This document shows positions 52,185 to 62,521 of a DNA stretch of 64,000 nucleotides, piece after piece. The stretch is from an uncultured Microthrixaceae bacterium (GTDB lineage Bacteria; Actinomycetota; Acidimicrobiia; Acidimicrobiales; VFJN01). The DNA lies in assembly GCA_963717755.1 (NCBI GenBank), contig CAVQWY010000002.1:682393-746392 (forward strand), written 5' to 3'. Every line of letters begins with the position of its first letter. Positions within the stretch are counted from its first letter, which is position 1. Below the pieces are notes generated by a model. That model was not told where the DNA came from, ran no database searches, and saw only the letters and a list, made by a program, of their open reading frames with translations. A program made the translations under genes and the position numbers.

Positions 52185-53754
52185 TCAGGCGGGGTGAACT
52201 CCCTGCTCAGCGGCCTTTTCTGCCTGCCGTTCCTTCTCGTCCTGGAGGGCCTGCAAAACGGCCATCATGATCTTGTTCATGTCCTCGTCGAGGAACTTGC
52301 GGGCCCGGAACAGGATGGCGGCGCCGAGGAACGAGCAGTGGTGAGCAGGCGAGGAACGCCACGCGGAGGTTCTCGTCGAAGCTGCCGGAGATGAGCGACG
52401 ACGATGAACGGTGCTGCCGCCTGGCCGCACACCACCGCCACGAGGTTGAAGGCCCCGAACCCGGCGCCGCGGAGGTGGGCCGGGATGGCGTCGGTGAGCC
52501 CGGCGCGGAGACCGGGGATCGACATCGTCATGATGAACAGCCCGATGAGCTGCAGCGACGGCGACCACGATGACGAGGTCGCGCGAGTAGCACGTCGGCT
52601 GCGCAGCAGGTAGGCGGCGGTGAAGAAGAGGTTGCCGCCGGCGATGAAGATGGCGGGGAGGGCCAGTCGCCCGCCCTGCATCTTCGTGGGCGTAGCGATC
52701 GGCCACCCGTCCGCCGAGGAGCACGCCGGGGATCGCCGCCGAAGATGATCAGGACGGTGAAGAGCGCCTCGCCAGTGCCCTCCGCCATGTGGAGGTGGCG
52801 CTCGTAGTACTGGGGGAGCCAGGCCGCCAGGGCGGTCACGGTGAAGAGCAGCGCCGCCACACCGGCGAGCGCGTAGCGCATCGTGCGGATGTCGAGGATC
52901 ACTCGCATGTCCGCCTTGAGCCCGGAGATCATGTCCTGCAGGAACTGGCCGAACCCCTGCTCGAACAGATCGACGTGGTCGTCCTCGTCGGCGTGCTGGA
53001 CGGACCCGGCGCCGATGGCCGCCATCATGTCGGCGGTGCCCCGCTTCGGCTCGCGCATGCGGAACACGAGCATCGGCGACGAGCAGGCCTGGCAGTGCCA
53101 CGATCACGAGGGCCGGCCGCCACCCCCAGTTGGTGCCGATGAACCCGCCGAGGCCCACGCCGACGCCGGTGCCGGCGAGCAGCATCACCTGCTGGATGGA
53201 GAACGCCTTCCCGCGCTGGTCGGGCGGGTAGTAGTCGCCGATGAGGCTGGCGGCCGACGGCTCGGTGATGGCCTGGCCGAAGCCGAGCGCGGATCGCATG
53301 CCGACCAGCATCGGGAAGCCCGACGGACGCCGCGCCGCCGGCGGTGAGCACCGACCAGCCGACGACGGTCCGGCCGATGGCCCGGGTGCGGTTCCAGCGG
53401 TCGGCCAGGTAGCCGGCCGGGACGGTGATCAGGCCGTTGAACAGCAGCGCCAGCGACAGGAGGACGCCGATCCCGACGTCGCCGACGCCGAACTCCTCCT
53501 TGAGCGGGGTGATCATGCCCCGCACGACGTTCTTGTCGACCTCGTCCATGAACAGGACGAGGCCGAGGACCCACATCGGCTCGGTGAAGAGCCGCACGAA
53601 GAACGGGCGCTTGACGTCTCGGGACCGGTTCGCCGGCCGGCTCGTCCGGGGTGGGCGACGCGATGTCCGGCGTCAGCCCGTTGGTGATGAGCGCTGGGAG
53701 CCCCCGCCTCGTCGTCGACGTGTCGAGGCCATGGTCGGTGGGCGGGTCACCCAT
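52185..53754 (-). pseudogene. MFS transporter, at least 6 frameshifts; 3' end rebuilt by the island
   Basis: Hydrophobic MFS-like segments (LADRWNRTRAIG, GFGQAITEPSAASLIGDYYPPDQRGKAFS...) are scattered over ORFs 53185.., 53025.., 52277.., 52528.. and 52185... Confidence 0.7.
52228..52285. repeat. Right copy of 58-bp direct repeat (attR candidate)
   Basis: Same sequence at an offset of 6231 bp. Lies inside the C-terminal coding region of the MFS gene. Confidence 0.8.
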
Positions 53755-53831
53755 GGCGGGACATTCTGCACGATGGGTGCGATCTCCTTGGCATCCGCCG
53801 GTCGGGTGGCCGCACCGCGCGATCGGGCGGC

Positions 53832-54296
53832 ATGCTCGGCGCATGGAGCGCGCTCGTCCTCGCCGTCGTCCTCGCCGCTCGTGGCGGTCGCCGTCGCGGC
53901 CGCGCTCCAGCGCCGGCAGCGTCCAGACGCACCCGTGCGGACCGGGTACGCGGTGCCCGCCCAGCTCGACCGGGACGACTTCGCCCGCCCCGAGGCACCG
54001 TGGCTCGTGGCCGTGTTCACGTCGGCCACCTGCGGCACGTGCGCGGGCGTGTGGGAGCGGGCCCAGCCGCTCGGCCAGCGCCGTCGGTCGCGGTGCAGCA
54101 GCTCGAGCACGTGGCCGACCGGCACCTGCACGACCGCTACGAGATCGAAGCGGTGCCCACCACGCTCGTGGCGGGTCCCGACGGGGTGGTGGCCGCCAGC
54201 TTCCTCGGTCCGGTGACGGCGACCGACCTCTGGGCCGCGGTGGCCGAGGCGCGCGAGCCGGGCAGCACACCCGGCGGCTGCGAGCCGCGGACCTAG
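53832..54296 (+). pseudogene. Membrane-anchored thioredoxin-like protein (C-G-T-C), 2 frameshifts (near 53880 and 54075)
   Basis: MLGAWSALVLAVVLAA | ...APWLVAVFTSATCGTCAGVWE... | VAVQQLEHVADRHLHDRYEIEAVPTTLV. Paralogous in pattern to 3768..4569. Confidence 0.55.
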
Positions 54297-56297
54297 CGTC
54301 GGTGCTGGGGCTTGGTGTCGGTGGCGGCGTGGACAGCTGCCTCGTCGGAGAGCGCCTGAGCCCTCGCCGCGGCCGTCGCTGGCCTGCCACTCACCGAACT
54401 CCTCGATGGCCGACCGACCCTCGCGGCCGAGGGCCACCAGCCGGTACACCTCGGAGCCGTCGATCGTCTCGTGCTCGAGCAGGGCACGGGCCACGAGGTC
54501 GAGGCCGTTGCGGTGCTCGGTGAGCGTCACCCGGCAGCGCTCCTCCTGCTCGCGCAGGATCCGCTCGACCTCTTCGTCGATCACACGGGCCGTCTCGTCG
54601 GAGTAGTCGCGGGAGTGCATGAGGTCGTCGCCGAGGAACACGGCGCCCTGCGAGCCCCACGCCATCGGCCCGACCCGCTCGGACATGCCCCACTCGCGGA
54701 CCATCTTGCGGGCCAGCTCGGTGGAGCCGACGAGGTCGTTGTTGGCGCCGGTGGAGATCACGCCGAACACGAGGTCTTCGGCGATGCGGCCGCCCATGCG
54801 GACGACGAGGCTGTCCTCGATGTAGTCCTGCCGGTAGATGTGGCGATCGTCCATCGGGAGCTGCTGCGTGACGCCGAGCGCCATGCCCATCGGGAGGATG
54901 GTGACCTTGTGCACGGGGTCGGCCTGCGGCAGCACGGCGGCGGCGACGGCGTGGCCGGCCTCGTGGTAGGCGATGGCCTCCTTCTCGCGGTCGGCGAGGG
55001 CCATCGACTCCCGGCGAGCGCCCATGAGCACGCGGTCGCGTGCCAGCTCGAAGTGGCGCTGGAAGATCTCCTCCTCGCCGCCGCGCACGGCGAACAGCGC
55101 GGCCTCGTTGACGAGGTTGGAGAGGTCGGCGCCGGACATGCCGGGGGTGCCCCGGGCGACGACCGCGAGGTCGACGTCGGCTGCCAGGCGCTTGGACTTG
55201 GCGTGGACCCGCAGGATCTCCTCGCGCTCGCTCAGCTCGGGCAGCGGCACGACGACCTGGCGGTCGAAGCGGCCGGGCCGGAGGAGCGCGGGGTCGAGGA
55301 TGTCGGGCCGGTTGGTGGCCGCGATCATCACGATGCCCTCGGTGGCCTCGAAGCCGTCCATCTCCGAGAGCATCTGGTTGAGGGTCTGCTCCCGCTCGTC
55401 GTGCCCGCCACCGAGCCCGGCGCCGCGCTTGCGGCCGATGGAGTCGATCTCGTCGACGAAGATGATCGCCTTGCCCATCTTGCGGGCGCTCTGGAACAGG
55501 TCGCGCACGCGGCTCGCGCCCACGCCCACGAACATCTCCATGAAGTCGGAGCCGGTGACCGACAGGAACGGCACACCGGCCTCGCCCGCCACCGCGCGAG
55601 CGATGAGCGTCTTGCCGGTGCCCGGGGGCCCCACGAGCAGGATGCCCTTCGGGATGCGGGCACCGATCTCGGCGAAGCGGGCCGGGGTCTTGAGGAAGTC
55701 GATGACCTCCTTGACCTCTTCCTTGACGCCCGCGTAGCCCGCCACGTCGGCGAACGTGGTGCCGGGGCGCTCGGTGGAGTACGTCTTGGCCTTCGAGCGG
55801 CCGATCGACATGATCCCGCCCATCTGGCTCTGCGCTCGACGCTGCATGAACCAGAAGAACGCCACGAAGATGGCGACCGGGATCAGGAACGGGAGCAGGC
55901 TCACGAAGAAGCTGGGCGTCGGCGTCTTGTAGTCGACCTCCACGCTCTGGTCGCGCAGCACCTCGAGGTCGGCGTCGGGGATGCCGCCGTCGAGCGGGCC
56001 CGTGGTGCGGAACTCGTCGCCGCCGTCGAGCTCGCCGGAGATCGAGCCGTTGGTGTTGTCGATCTCGACGCTCTTGACGTTGCCCTCGCGCACGTCGGCC
56101 ATGAAGGTGGAGTAGGGCACCTTCTCGGGATCGCCGGCGCCGCTGAGGAGCGGGCCGAGGAGCACGATGCTGAGGGTGAGGCCGAGCAGGGCGTACAGCC
56201 CCCACTTCGGCATGCCTTGGCCCACCAGGCCTCGGCCTGGGCCGCGCTGATCCCGCGGCGGCGGGGGCGGGGGCGGCGGCAACCCCTCAGGACTCAT
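54293..56297 (-). pseudogene. ftsH: ATP-dependent zinc metalloprotease FtsH, frameshift in the last ~20 codons (near 54350)
   Basis: Two TM helices, [19 protein letters not shown] region, HEAGHAV. The in-frame reading runs on to 53673 through Arg-rich nonsense. The alternative frame ends SDEAAVHAATDTKPQHRR, with its stop at 54293. Confidence 0.9.
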
Positions 56298-56379
56298 GGC
56301 GACAGGATACGGGTCGGCCAGCCGGAACCACAGCCAGGGATCCGCGTCGCCCGCTGAGCCCCTGGATAGCGTCGGCTCG

Positions 56380-56610
56380 ATGAGCAGCCGCACCTGCGCC
56401 AAGCCGGGGTGCAACACCAGCGCCTCCGCCACCCTCACGTACGACTACGCGAGTCGCACGGCCTGGGTCGAGCGCCTCAACGACGAGGCCCACCCCATGC
56501 GGTACGACCTCTGCGCCGACCACGCGGACGGCATGCGGGTGCCGCAGGGCTGGGCCCTGCAGGACCGGCGTGTGCGCTATCCCGCCGCGCTCCAGTCGAT
56601 CGCCTCCTGA
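56380..56610 (+). CDS. DUF3499-like small Cys-containing protein
   Basis: MSSRTCAKPGCNTSASATLTYDYASRTAWVERL...YDLCADHADGMRVPQGW. Family name from memory. Confidence 0.65.
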   Translation: MSSRTCAKPGCNTSASATLTYDYASRTAWVERLNDEAHPMRYDLCADHADGMRVPQGWALQDRRVRYPAALQSIAS

Positions 56611-56647
56611 CTTCCGGCGCCCGGACGCGCCCGCGTAGCCTCGTCCG

Positions 56648-57383
56648 GTGACCGAGGCCGCCACCGCCCCCACCGAGGTGCCCGCGCGGCCGCGCTGGGG
56701 CCTCGGTGACGCCGTCGGCGGCTGGGTGGCCGTGCAGATCGTCTCCATGGTGTGGGCCCTTGCGGTGGTCGGCGCCGCCGGGCACTCGGGGGAGGACTTC
56801 GACGACCTCCCCATCTCCGTGGTGGCGCTGGCCCAGCTCGGGCTGGCCCTCGGGTTCTTCGCGGTCCCGTACCTGGCGACCCGCCTGAAGGGCAACGGGC
56901 TCGTCGCCGACCTCGGGGTGCGGGCGCGCTGGCAGGACCTGTGGCAGGGCGGGTTGGCGGGCGCGCTGCTCCAGATCCCGGTGCTCCCGTTGCTGTACTG
57001 GCCGCTGCTCGAGCTGCTCGACAAGACGTCGAGCGATCTCGATGGTCCCGCCGAGTCGCTCACCGACCGGGCCCACGGCGTGGTCGGCGTGCTGCTGCTC
57101 GTGCTCATCGTCGGGGTGCTCGCCCCGATCTTCGAGGAGATCTTCTACCGCGGCCTGCGTCCAGCGGGCGCTGCTCAAGCGAGGGTTGCCGCCCGCCGTC
57201 GCCATCGGCACCACCGCCCTCGTCTTCGGTGCGAGCCACTTCCTCCTGCTGCAGCTGCCCGGCCTGGTGCTCGCCGGCGCGCTCTTCGGCGTGCTCGCGC
57301 ACCGCGCCGGTCGCCTCGGTCCCGCCATCGTCGCCCACGTCGCCTTCAACATGGTGACGGTCGTCGCCTTGCTGGCCGCGTGA
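56648..57383 (+). pseudogene. CPBP-family intramembrane glutamic endopeptidase (CAAX protease-like), frameshift near 57157
   Basis: APIFEEIFYRGL (EExxxR motif), then the frame switches to VQRALLKRG...LVFGASHF...AHVAFNM. Confidence 0.8.
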
Positions 57384-57411
57384 CGGAACGAGCGAGGCTC
57401 GGGGTGCGACG

Positions 57412-60105
57412 ATGACACCCGCCATGGACCAGGAACCGAGGGCGGACAGCGACCTGCTCGTCGACGACCGCGTCGCCGACGACGTCGACGATGGTGACCT
57501 GGACGGGTGGAGCGAGTGGACGGCTGACCTCGAGGACGCCGACGACGACTGGCCCCCGGTGGATCCCGTGGCGATGGAGCGGCGCGATCGCTTCGTGCGC
57601 CAGACCGTCGACTGGGTCGTGGTGGTGGCCTGCGTCGTCTTCGTGTTCGTGAACCTGCACCCCGCTGAGCTCCTGTCCAGCGCGGTGCCCGCCGGGGGCG
57701 ACATGGGGGCCCACGTCTGGGGCCCTGCGTACCTCCGCGACCACCTGCTGCCCGAGGGGCGCATCTCCGGGTGGACGCCCGATTGGTACGCCGGCTTCCC
57801 CGCCTACCAGTTCTACATGGTGTTGCCGTCGCTGCTGATCGTGGCGCTGGACGTCGGGCTCTTCGGCGGCTGGACGATGCTCATCCCGCTGGCCGCAGCC
57901 GCGGCGCTGGTGGTCGCCAGCACGCGCGTGGCTACGGGTTGGCGGCGCTGGGCGGTGATGGCCGCGGCCGTGGCGGTCGCCGTGTTCTGCGTGGAGCTGC
58001 CGTACGGGACCGCCTTCAAGCTGGTGACCATCCTCGGGCTGCTGTCCCTGCCGATCTGCGCGTACGCGTTCGGGCGCCTGGCCGACCTCCCGTTCCCTGG
58101 CCCCGCACTGCTGGCGGTGGCCGCGGTGCTGTTCCTGTTCGACCGCAACTTCACGATCTACGGCGGCAACGTGGCCTCCACCCTGGCCGGCGAGTTCGCC
58201 TTCTCGATCAGCCTGTCGCTGTCGATCCTGTACCTCGGCTTCGTGATCCGCGGGCTGCGCACGGGGAAGCACCGCGCCATGGCGGCTGTGCTCCTCGCCC
58301 TCACGGGCCTGTGCCACCTCATCCCCGCCTTCTTCGCGCTCGCCGGCACGCTGGTCATCGCGCTCCTGCGCCGTCCCGCGCTGCGCACGGTGAAGTGGCT
58401 CGCCTGCGTCCTGCCGGTGGGCGGGCTCATCAGCGCGTTCTGGGTGCTGCCGTTCTGGTGGCAGTCGGCCTACGTGAACGACATGGGGTGGGAGAAGCTG
58501 CCGTACTCCACGGCGGAGAACGGCTTCCGCTCGTGGTCGGACACGCTGTTCAGCTTCGACGGCGAGACCTACTGGAAGTACCTCATCCCGCGGACGGGCG
58601 TCGACTCGCCCAACGACCTGCGCTGGGTGCTGGCGCTCGCCTGCATGGGGCTGGTGCTGTCGATCGCGTTCCGCGTGCGCACCGGGCTCATCCTCGCCGG
58701 GTGCACGGTGCTCATGGGGACGGCGTTCGTGTTCCTCCCCGAGGACCGGCTGTGGAACGCCCGGCTGCTGCCCTTCTACTACCTCGGTCTGTACCTGCTG
58801 GCGGCGGTCGGCGTCGCCGAGGTCGGCCGGACGGTGGCCGTGCTCATCGCCCGCGATCCCGAACGGCCCAGCATCGTGGGGCCGGCGGTCACCGCAGGGT
58901 TGGCGCTGGTGGTGTCCCTCGTGCTCATCAGCCTGCCGCTGCGCATCCTGCCCGGCGGCCACCTGCGCGCCGACGGCAGCTACTCCTGGATGGGGCTGTC
59001 CAACGGCGTCAACAAGGAGAGCTTCGTCCGGTCGTGGGCCCGCTGGAACTACACGGGCTACGAGGGCAAGGACGCGTACGGCGAGTACCGCGCTCTGATG
59101 ATGACGATGGCGGGCGTCGGCGCCGAGCACGGCTGCGGCCGCTCGTTCTGGGAGTACGAGAAGGAGATCAACCGGTACGGCACCCCGATGGCGCTCATGC
59201 TCCTGCCGCACTGGACCGACGGCTGCATCGGCTCGATGGAGGGCCTGTTCTTCGAGGCGTCGGCCACCACGCCGTTCCACTTCCTCACCCAGGTGGAGCT
59301 CAGCGCCGCGCCCAGCGCCGCGCAGCGCGACCTGCCGTACGGCACGTTCGACATCGACAAGGGGGTGCGCCACCTCCAGCTGATGGGCGTGCGGTACTAC
59401 CTCGCCACCTCGGTGGAGGCGACCACCGCGGCGCGCGGCCACCCCGACCTCACGGAGCTGGCCACCTCCGGTCCGTGGGTGATCTTCGAGGTGGCCGACT
59501 CCGCCCTCGTGGCACCGATCGACAACGAACCCGCGGTGCTCGACGGGGTGAGCGACGCGCAGTCGGGCTGGATCTGCCGGACGAAGAACGAGGCCGGCAA
59601 GTGCGACGGACCCGCGGTGCGGTGGTACCAGGACCTCGAGGCGCAGGACGTGCTGCTCGCCTCGTCCGGCCCCGACAGCTGGCAGCACGTGGACATCGAC
59701 GACCCGCAGCCCGTCGAGCGATCGGTCGCCCCCGTCGAGGTCAGCGACATCGACGCCCGGAACGACCACATCTCGTTCGACGTCGACCAGGTCGGCTCCC
59801 CGGTGCTGGTCAAGGCGTCCTACTTCCCCAACTGGCGCGTGAGCGGCGCCGACGGCCCCTACCGCGTGGCGCCGAACCTGATGGTCGTGGTGCCCACCTC
59901 CGAGCACGTCGAGCTCACCTACGGGCGCGAGCCGGTCGAGTGGCTCGCGTACGCGCTGACGGCGCTCGGCATCGCGCTGGCCATCCTCCTCGCCACCCGT
60001 CCGCCGGTGCGGGGACGGCCGGAACCGATCGACCCGCTGGCGATGCCGGAGGGCTGGCCACCCGAGCCCCCGGAGCCGTCGACTCCCCAGCACCTCGTCC
60101 CGTGA
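57412..60105 (+). CDS. Large polytopic membrane protein, putative GT-C-type glycosyltransferase
   Basis: Uninterrupted 897 aa. Acidic N-terminus, at least 10 TM helices (GGDMGAHVWGPAYLRDHLLP...WTPDWYAGFPAYQFY) and a large soluble C-terminal domain. Functional call is inferred from architecture and the neighbouring gene. Confidence 0.6.
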   Translation: MTPAMDQEPRADSDLLVDDRVADDVDDGDLDGWSEWTADLEDADDDWPPVDPVAMERRDRFVRQTVDWVVVVACVVFVFVNLHPAELLSSAVPAGGDMGAHVWGPAYLRDHLLPEGRISGWTPDWYAGFPAYQFYMVLPSLLIVALDVGLFGGWTMLIPLAAAAALVVASTRVATGWRRWAVMAAAVAVAVFCVELPYGTAFKLVTILGLLSLPICAYAFGRLADLPFPGPALLAVAAVLFLFDRNFTIYGGNVASTLAGEFAFSISLSLSILYLGFVIRGLRTGKHRAMAAVLLALTGLCHLIPAFFALAGTLVIALLRRPALRTVKWLACVLPVGGLISAFWVLPFWWQSAYVNDMGWEKLPYSTAENGFRSWSDTLFSFDGETYWKYLIPRTGVDSPNDLRWVLALACMGLVLSIAFRVRTGLILAGCTVLMGTAFVFLPEDRLWNARLLPFYYLGLYLLAAVGVAEVGRTVAVLIARDPERPSIVGPAVTAGLALVVSLVLISLPLRILPGGHLRADGSYSWMGLSNGVNKESFVRSWARWNYTGYEGKDAYGEYRALMMTMAGVGAEHGCGRSFWEYEKEINRYGTPMALMLLPHWTDGCIGSMEGLFFEASATTPFHFLTQVELSAAPSAAQRDLPYGTFDIDKGVRHLQLMGVRYYLATSVEATTAARGHPDLTELATSGPWVIFEVADSALVAPIDNEPAVLDGVSDAQSGWICRTKNEAGKCDGPAVRWYQDLEAQDVLLASSGPDSWQHVDIDDPQPVERSVAPVEVSDIDARNDHISFDVDQVGSPVLVKASYFPNWRVSGADGPYRVAPNLMVVVPTSEHVELTYGREPVEWLAYALTALGIALAILLATRPPVRGRPEPIDPLAMPEGWPPEPPEPSTPQHLVP

Positions 60106-61293
60106 GCGAGCGGCTCCGGCGGCTTGCCGTGGTGGCCCTCGTGCCCACGGCGGTCGACATCGGCCTGCTCGTCGCGCTGCGCCAAGGGCTCGGCTGGATC
60201 CTCGTCCTGGCCGACCTGGCGGCGATCGCGGTGGCGTCGGTGCTGTCCTACGGGCTGCACCGCCGGATGACCTTCCGGTCCGATCCGTTCGTGCGCTGGG
60301 TGCGCATGCCCGGCGCGTTCGTGGTGGTGGCGTCGCTCGCCGCCCTCGTCGACGTGGCCGTCCTGCGCGGCGTCTTCGCCGCCCACGGCTTCTCCTCCAC
60401 CCCCGCACTGATCGGCGCCAAGGTGGTGGCGCTGGCGGTGGCGGCCACCGTGCGCTTGATCCTCTACCGGGCCGTGCTGCTCAGCGCAGTCCGCCGCTCG
60501 CTCCACGAGCGGGTGGCGCGCCCTCCCGCCCCTGGCGTCCTGCGGGCGTCCGTGATCGTGCCGGCCCTCGACGAGGCGGCCGGCATCGGGGCGACGATCG
60601 CCGCGATCCGCGCCGCCCTCGGCGAGGTCGCGGAGGACGGGGGACTGGAGATCGTCGTCGTCGACGACGGCTCGACGGACGGCACCGCGGACGCGGCGTT
60701 GGCGGGCGGGGCCGACCAGGTCATCGGGTTGCCCGAGAACCGCGGCAAGGGCGCCGCCATCCGGGCGGGCGTCGAAGCGGCCCGCGGCCGCACCGTCGCC
60801 TTCACCGACGCCGACCTCGCCTACGCGCCCGATCAGCTCCTCACGGTGATCGGCGAGGTGGAGACGGGTTGGGACGTGGCGGTGGGCAACCGCCGCCACC
60901 CGGACACGGTCAGCGTGCGGAGTGCCGGCGCGCTGCGCGGCCTCGGCAGCCGCGCCATCAACCTCCTCGCCATGGGCGTCTTGCTCAGCCACCCCCACGA
61001 CACCCAGTGCGGGCTCAAGGCGTTCCGCTCCGACGTCGCCAAGACCGTGTTCGGCCTGGGCCGCGTCGACCGGTTCGCGTTCGACATCGAGGTGCTCCAC
61101 CTCGTCGAGCGCCACGGGTTCTCCGTGGCCGAGGTGCCGGTGCGCCTCATGACGGGGGAGCGCTCCACCGTGCGGCTCGCGCGCGACACGATGCGCCTCC
61201 TCCGGGACCTGTGGCGCATCCGCCACTGGTCGGCCACCGGCGCCTACGAGCTGGACCTGCCGGTCAGCGGCGGCCACCGTCACGTCGTCGTAG
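60102..61293 (+). pseudogene. GtrA-like domain fused to GT-A family 2 polyprenyl-phosphate glycosyltransferase; 3' end unresolved
   Basis: The GTGA overlaps the upstream stop. 4 TM helices of GtrA type, then VIVPALDEA...VVVDDGSTDGT...ENRGKGAA...FTDADL...QCGLKAF. In frame it reads on to 61670, antisense to the next gene. The +1 frame has a TAG at 61291. Confidence 0.75.
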
Positions 61294-62457
61294 TCACCGG
61301 TCGTCGCACGGGCCGCGGGAGCGCTTCGGGCGACGTGTCGATCTCGTCGAGGGTGATGTCACCGGCCAGCACCTGCCGCTTCCACTCGTCGTGCTCGCCT
61401 TGGCGCTCGACGAACTCGGGCATGACCTCGGTGGCGAACAGCTCGAGGCTGGCGCAGATGTCGTCGTGCGTGTTGCGGCCGGCCTGGTTGAGGAGGATCA
61501 CCTGGTCGACGTGCGACGCTTCGAACTTGCGGAGCTTGGTGCGGATCGTCTCCGGCGACCCGATGAGCCCACCGGCGTGCATCTTCTCGAACTGCGGGGT
61601 GCGTCGGAACGCCTGGTACTCCTCCCACAGGTTGATGCTCCCGGGCTCGCCGGGCACCCGCGTGGAGTAGAAGCGCAGCGCGAACGCGAAGAACGTCCAG
61701 CCGTCGGCCTTCTCGTGCGCCTCCTCGTCCGTCTCGCAGCACATGAAGCCGCAGACCACCGCGATGTTCGGGTTGGTGGCGTAGTCGGCGATGCGCTCGA
61801 GCCGCTTCGTGTAGGCGTTGTAGTAGGCCGCGACCCACGCGTTGGCCTCGTCGGCGCTGACGAACTGGAAGCCGAGCGCACCCATGCCCCACTGGCCGGC
61901 CGCCTCGATCGTGTCGCGCTGGCTGCACGCCACCCAGAGCGGCGGGTGGGGCTTCTGCAACGGCTTGGGCAGCACGTTGCGCATCGGGAAGTCGAAGAAG
62001 GGCCCGTGGTACTCCACGCCTTCGTCACCGAACATCGGGATCAACGCCTTGACCGCGTCCTCCCACACCGCTCGCTTGTCGCGGAAGCGGCGGTCGAACG
62101 GGTGCAGCTCGGTGGTGGTGGAGCCCTCGCCGATGCCGAGCTCGACGCGCCCGTCGCTCACGAGGTCGAGGGTGGACACGCGCTCGGCGACGCGGGCCGG
62201 GTGGTTGGTGGTCAGCTGGATGATGCCGTGGCCGAGCCGTATCTGCGTCGTGCGCTGGCTGGCCGCCGCCAGGAACACCTCGGGGGCCGAGGAGTGCGAG
62301 TACTCCTCGAGGAAGTGGTGCTCGACCTCCCAGGCGTAGTGGTAGCCGAGCCGATCGGCGAGCTCGATCTGGTCGAGCGACTGCTTCACCAGCCGGTACT
62401 CGCTGTCGGACTCCCAGGGCCTCGGGAGCTGGTGCTCGTAGAAGATCCCGAACTTCA
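61280..62457 (-). CDS. Luciferase-like monooxygenase (LLM) family, probable F420-dependent oxidoreductase
   Basis: Intact 392 aa starting MKFGIFYEHQLPRPW. Typical LLM TIM-barrel pattern. Embedded in long ORF 61280..63892. Confidence 0.8.
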
Positions 62458-62521
62458 TGCGGTGATCATGCCCCGTCGGCGGCCCGGGGGTGCCGAGGCG
62501 CGCCAGTAGGGTGACCGCCCG

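Larger units (their letters stand above)
45997..52285. mobile_element. ~6.2-kb integrative element inserted in the 3' end of an MFS transporter gene
   Basis: 58-bp direct repeats (56/58 identical) at both ends. Contents: int+xis, a second recombinase, an IS110 transposase and small accessory genes. Locally AT-richer patches. Confidence 0.75.

Noticed and set aside
53673-54292. C-terminal 200-aa extension of the FtsH ORF (921 aa in the ORF track).
   Set aside because: The extension is Arg-rich nonsense running antisense through the thioredoxin-like gene. A 1-nt shift near 54350 gives a plausible short acidic/polar tail and a stop at 54293.
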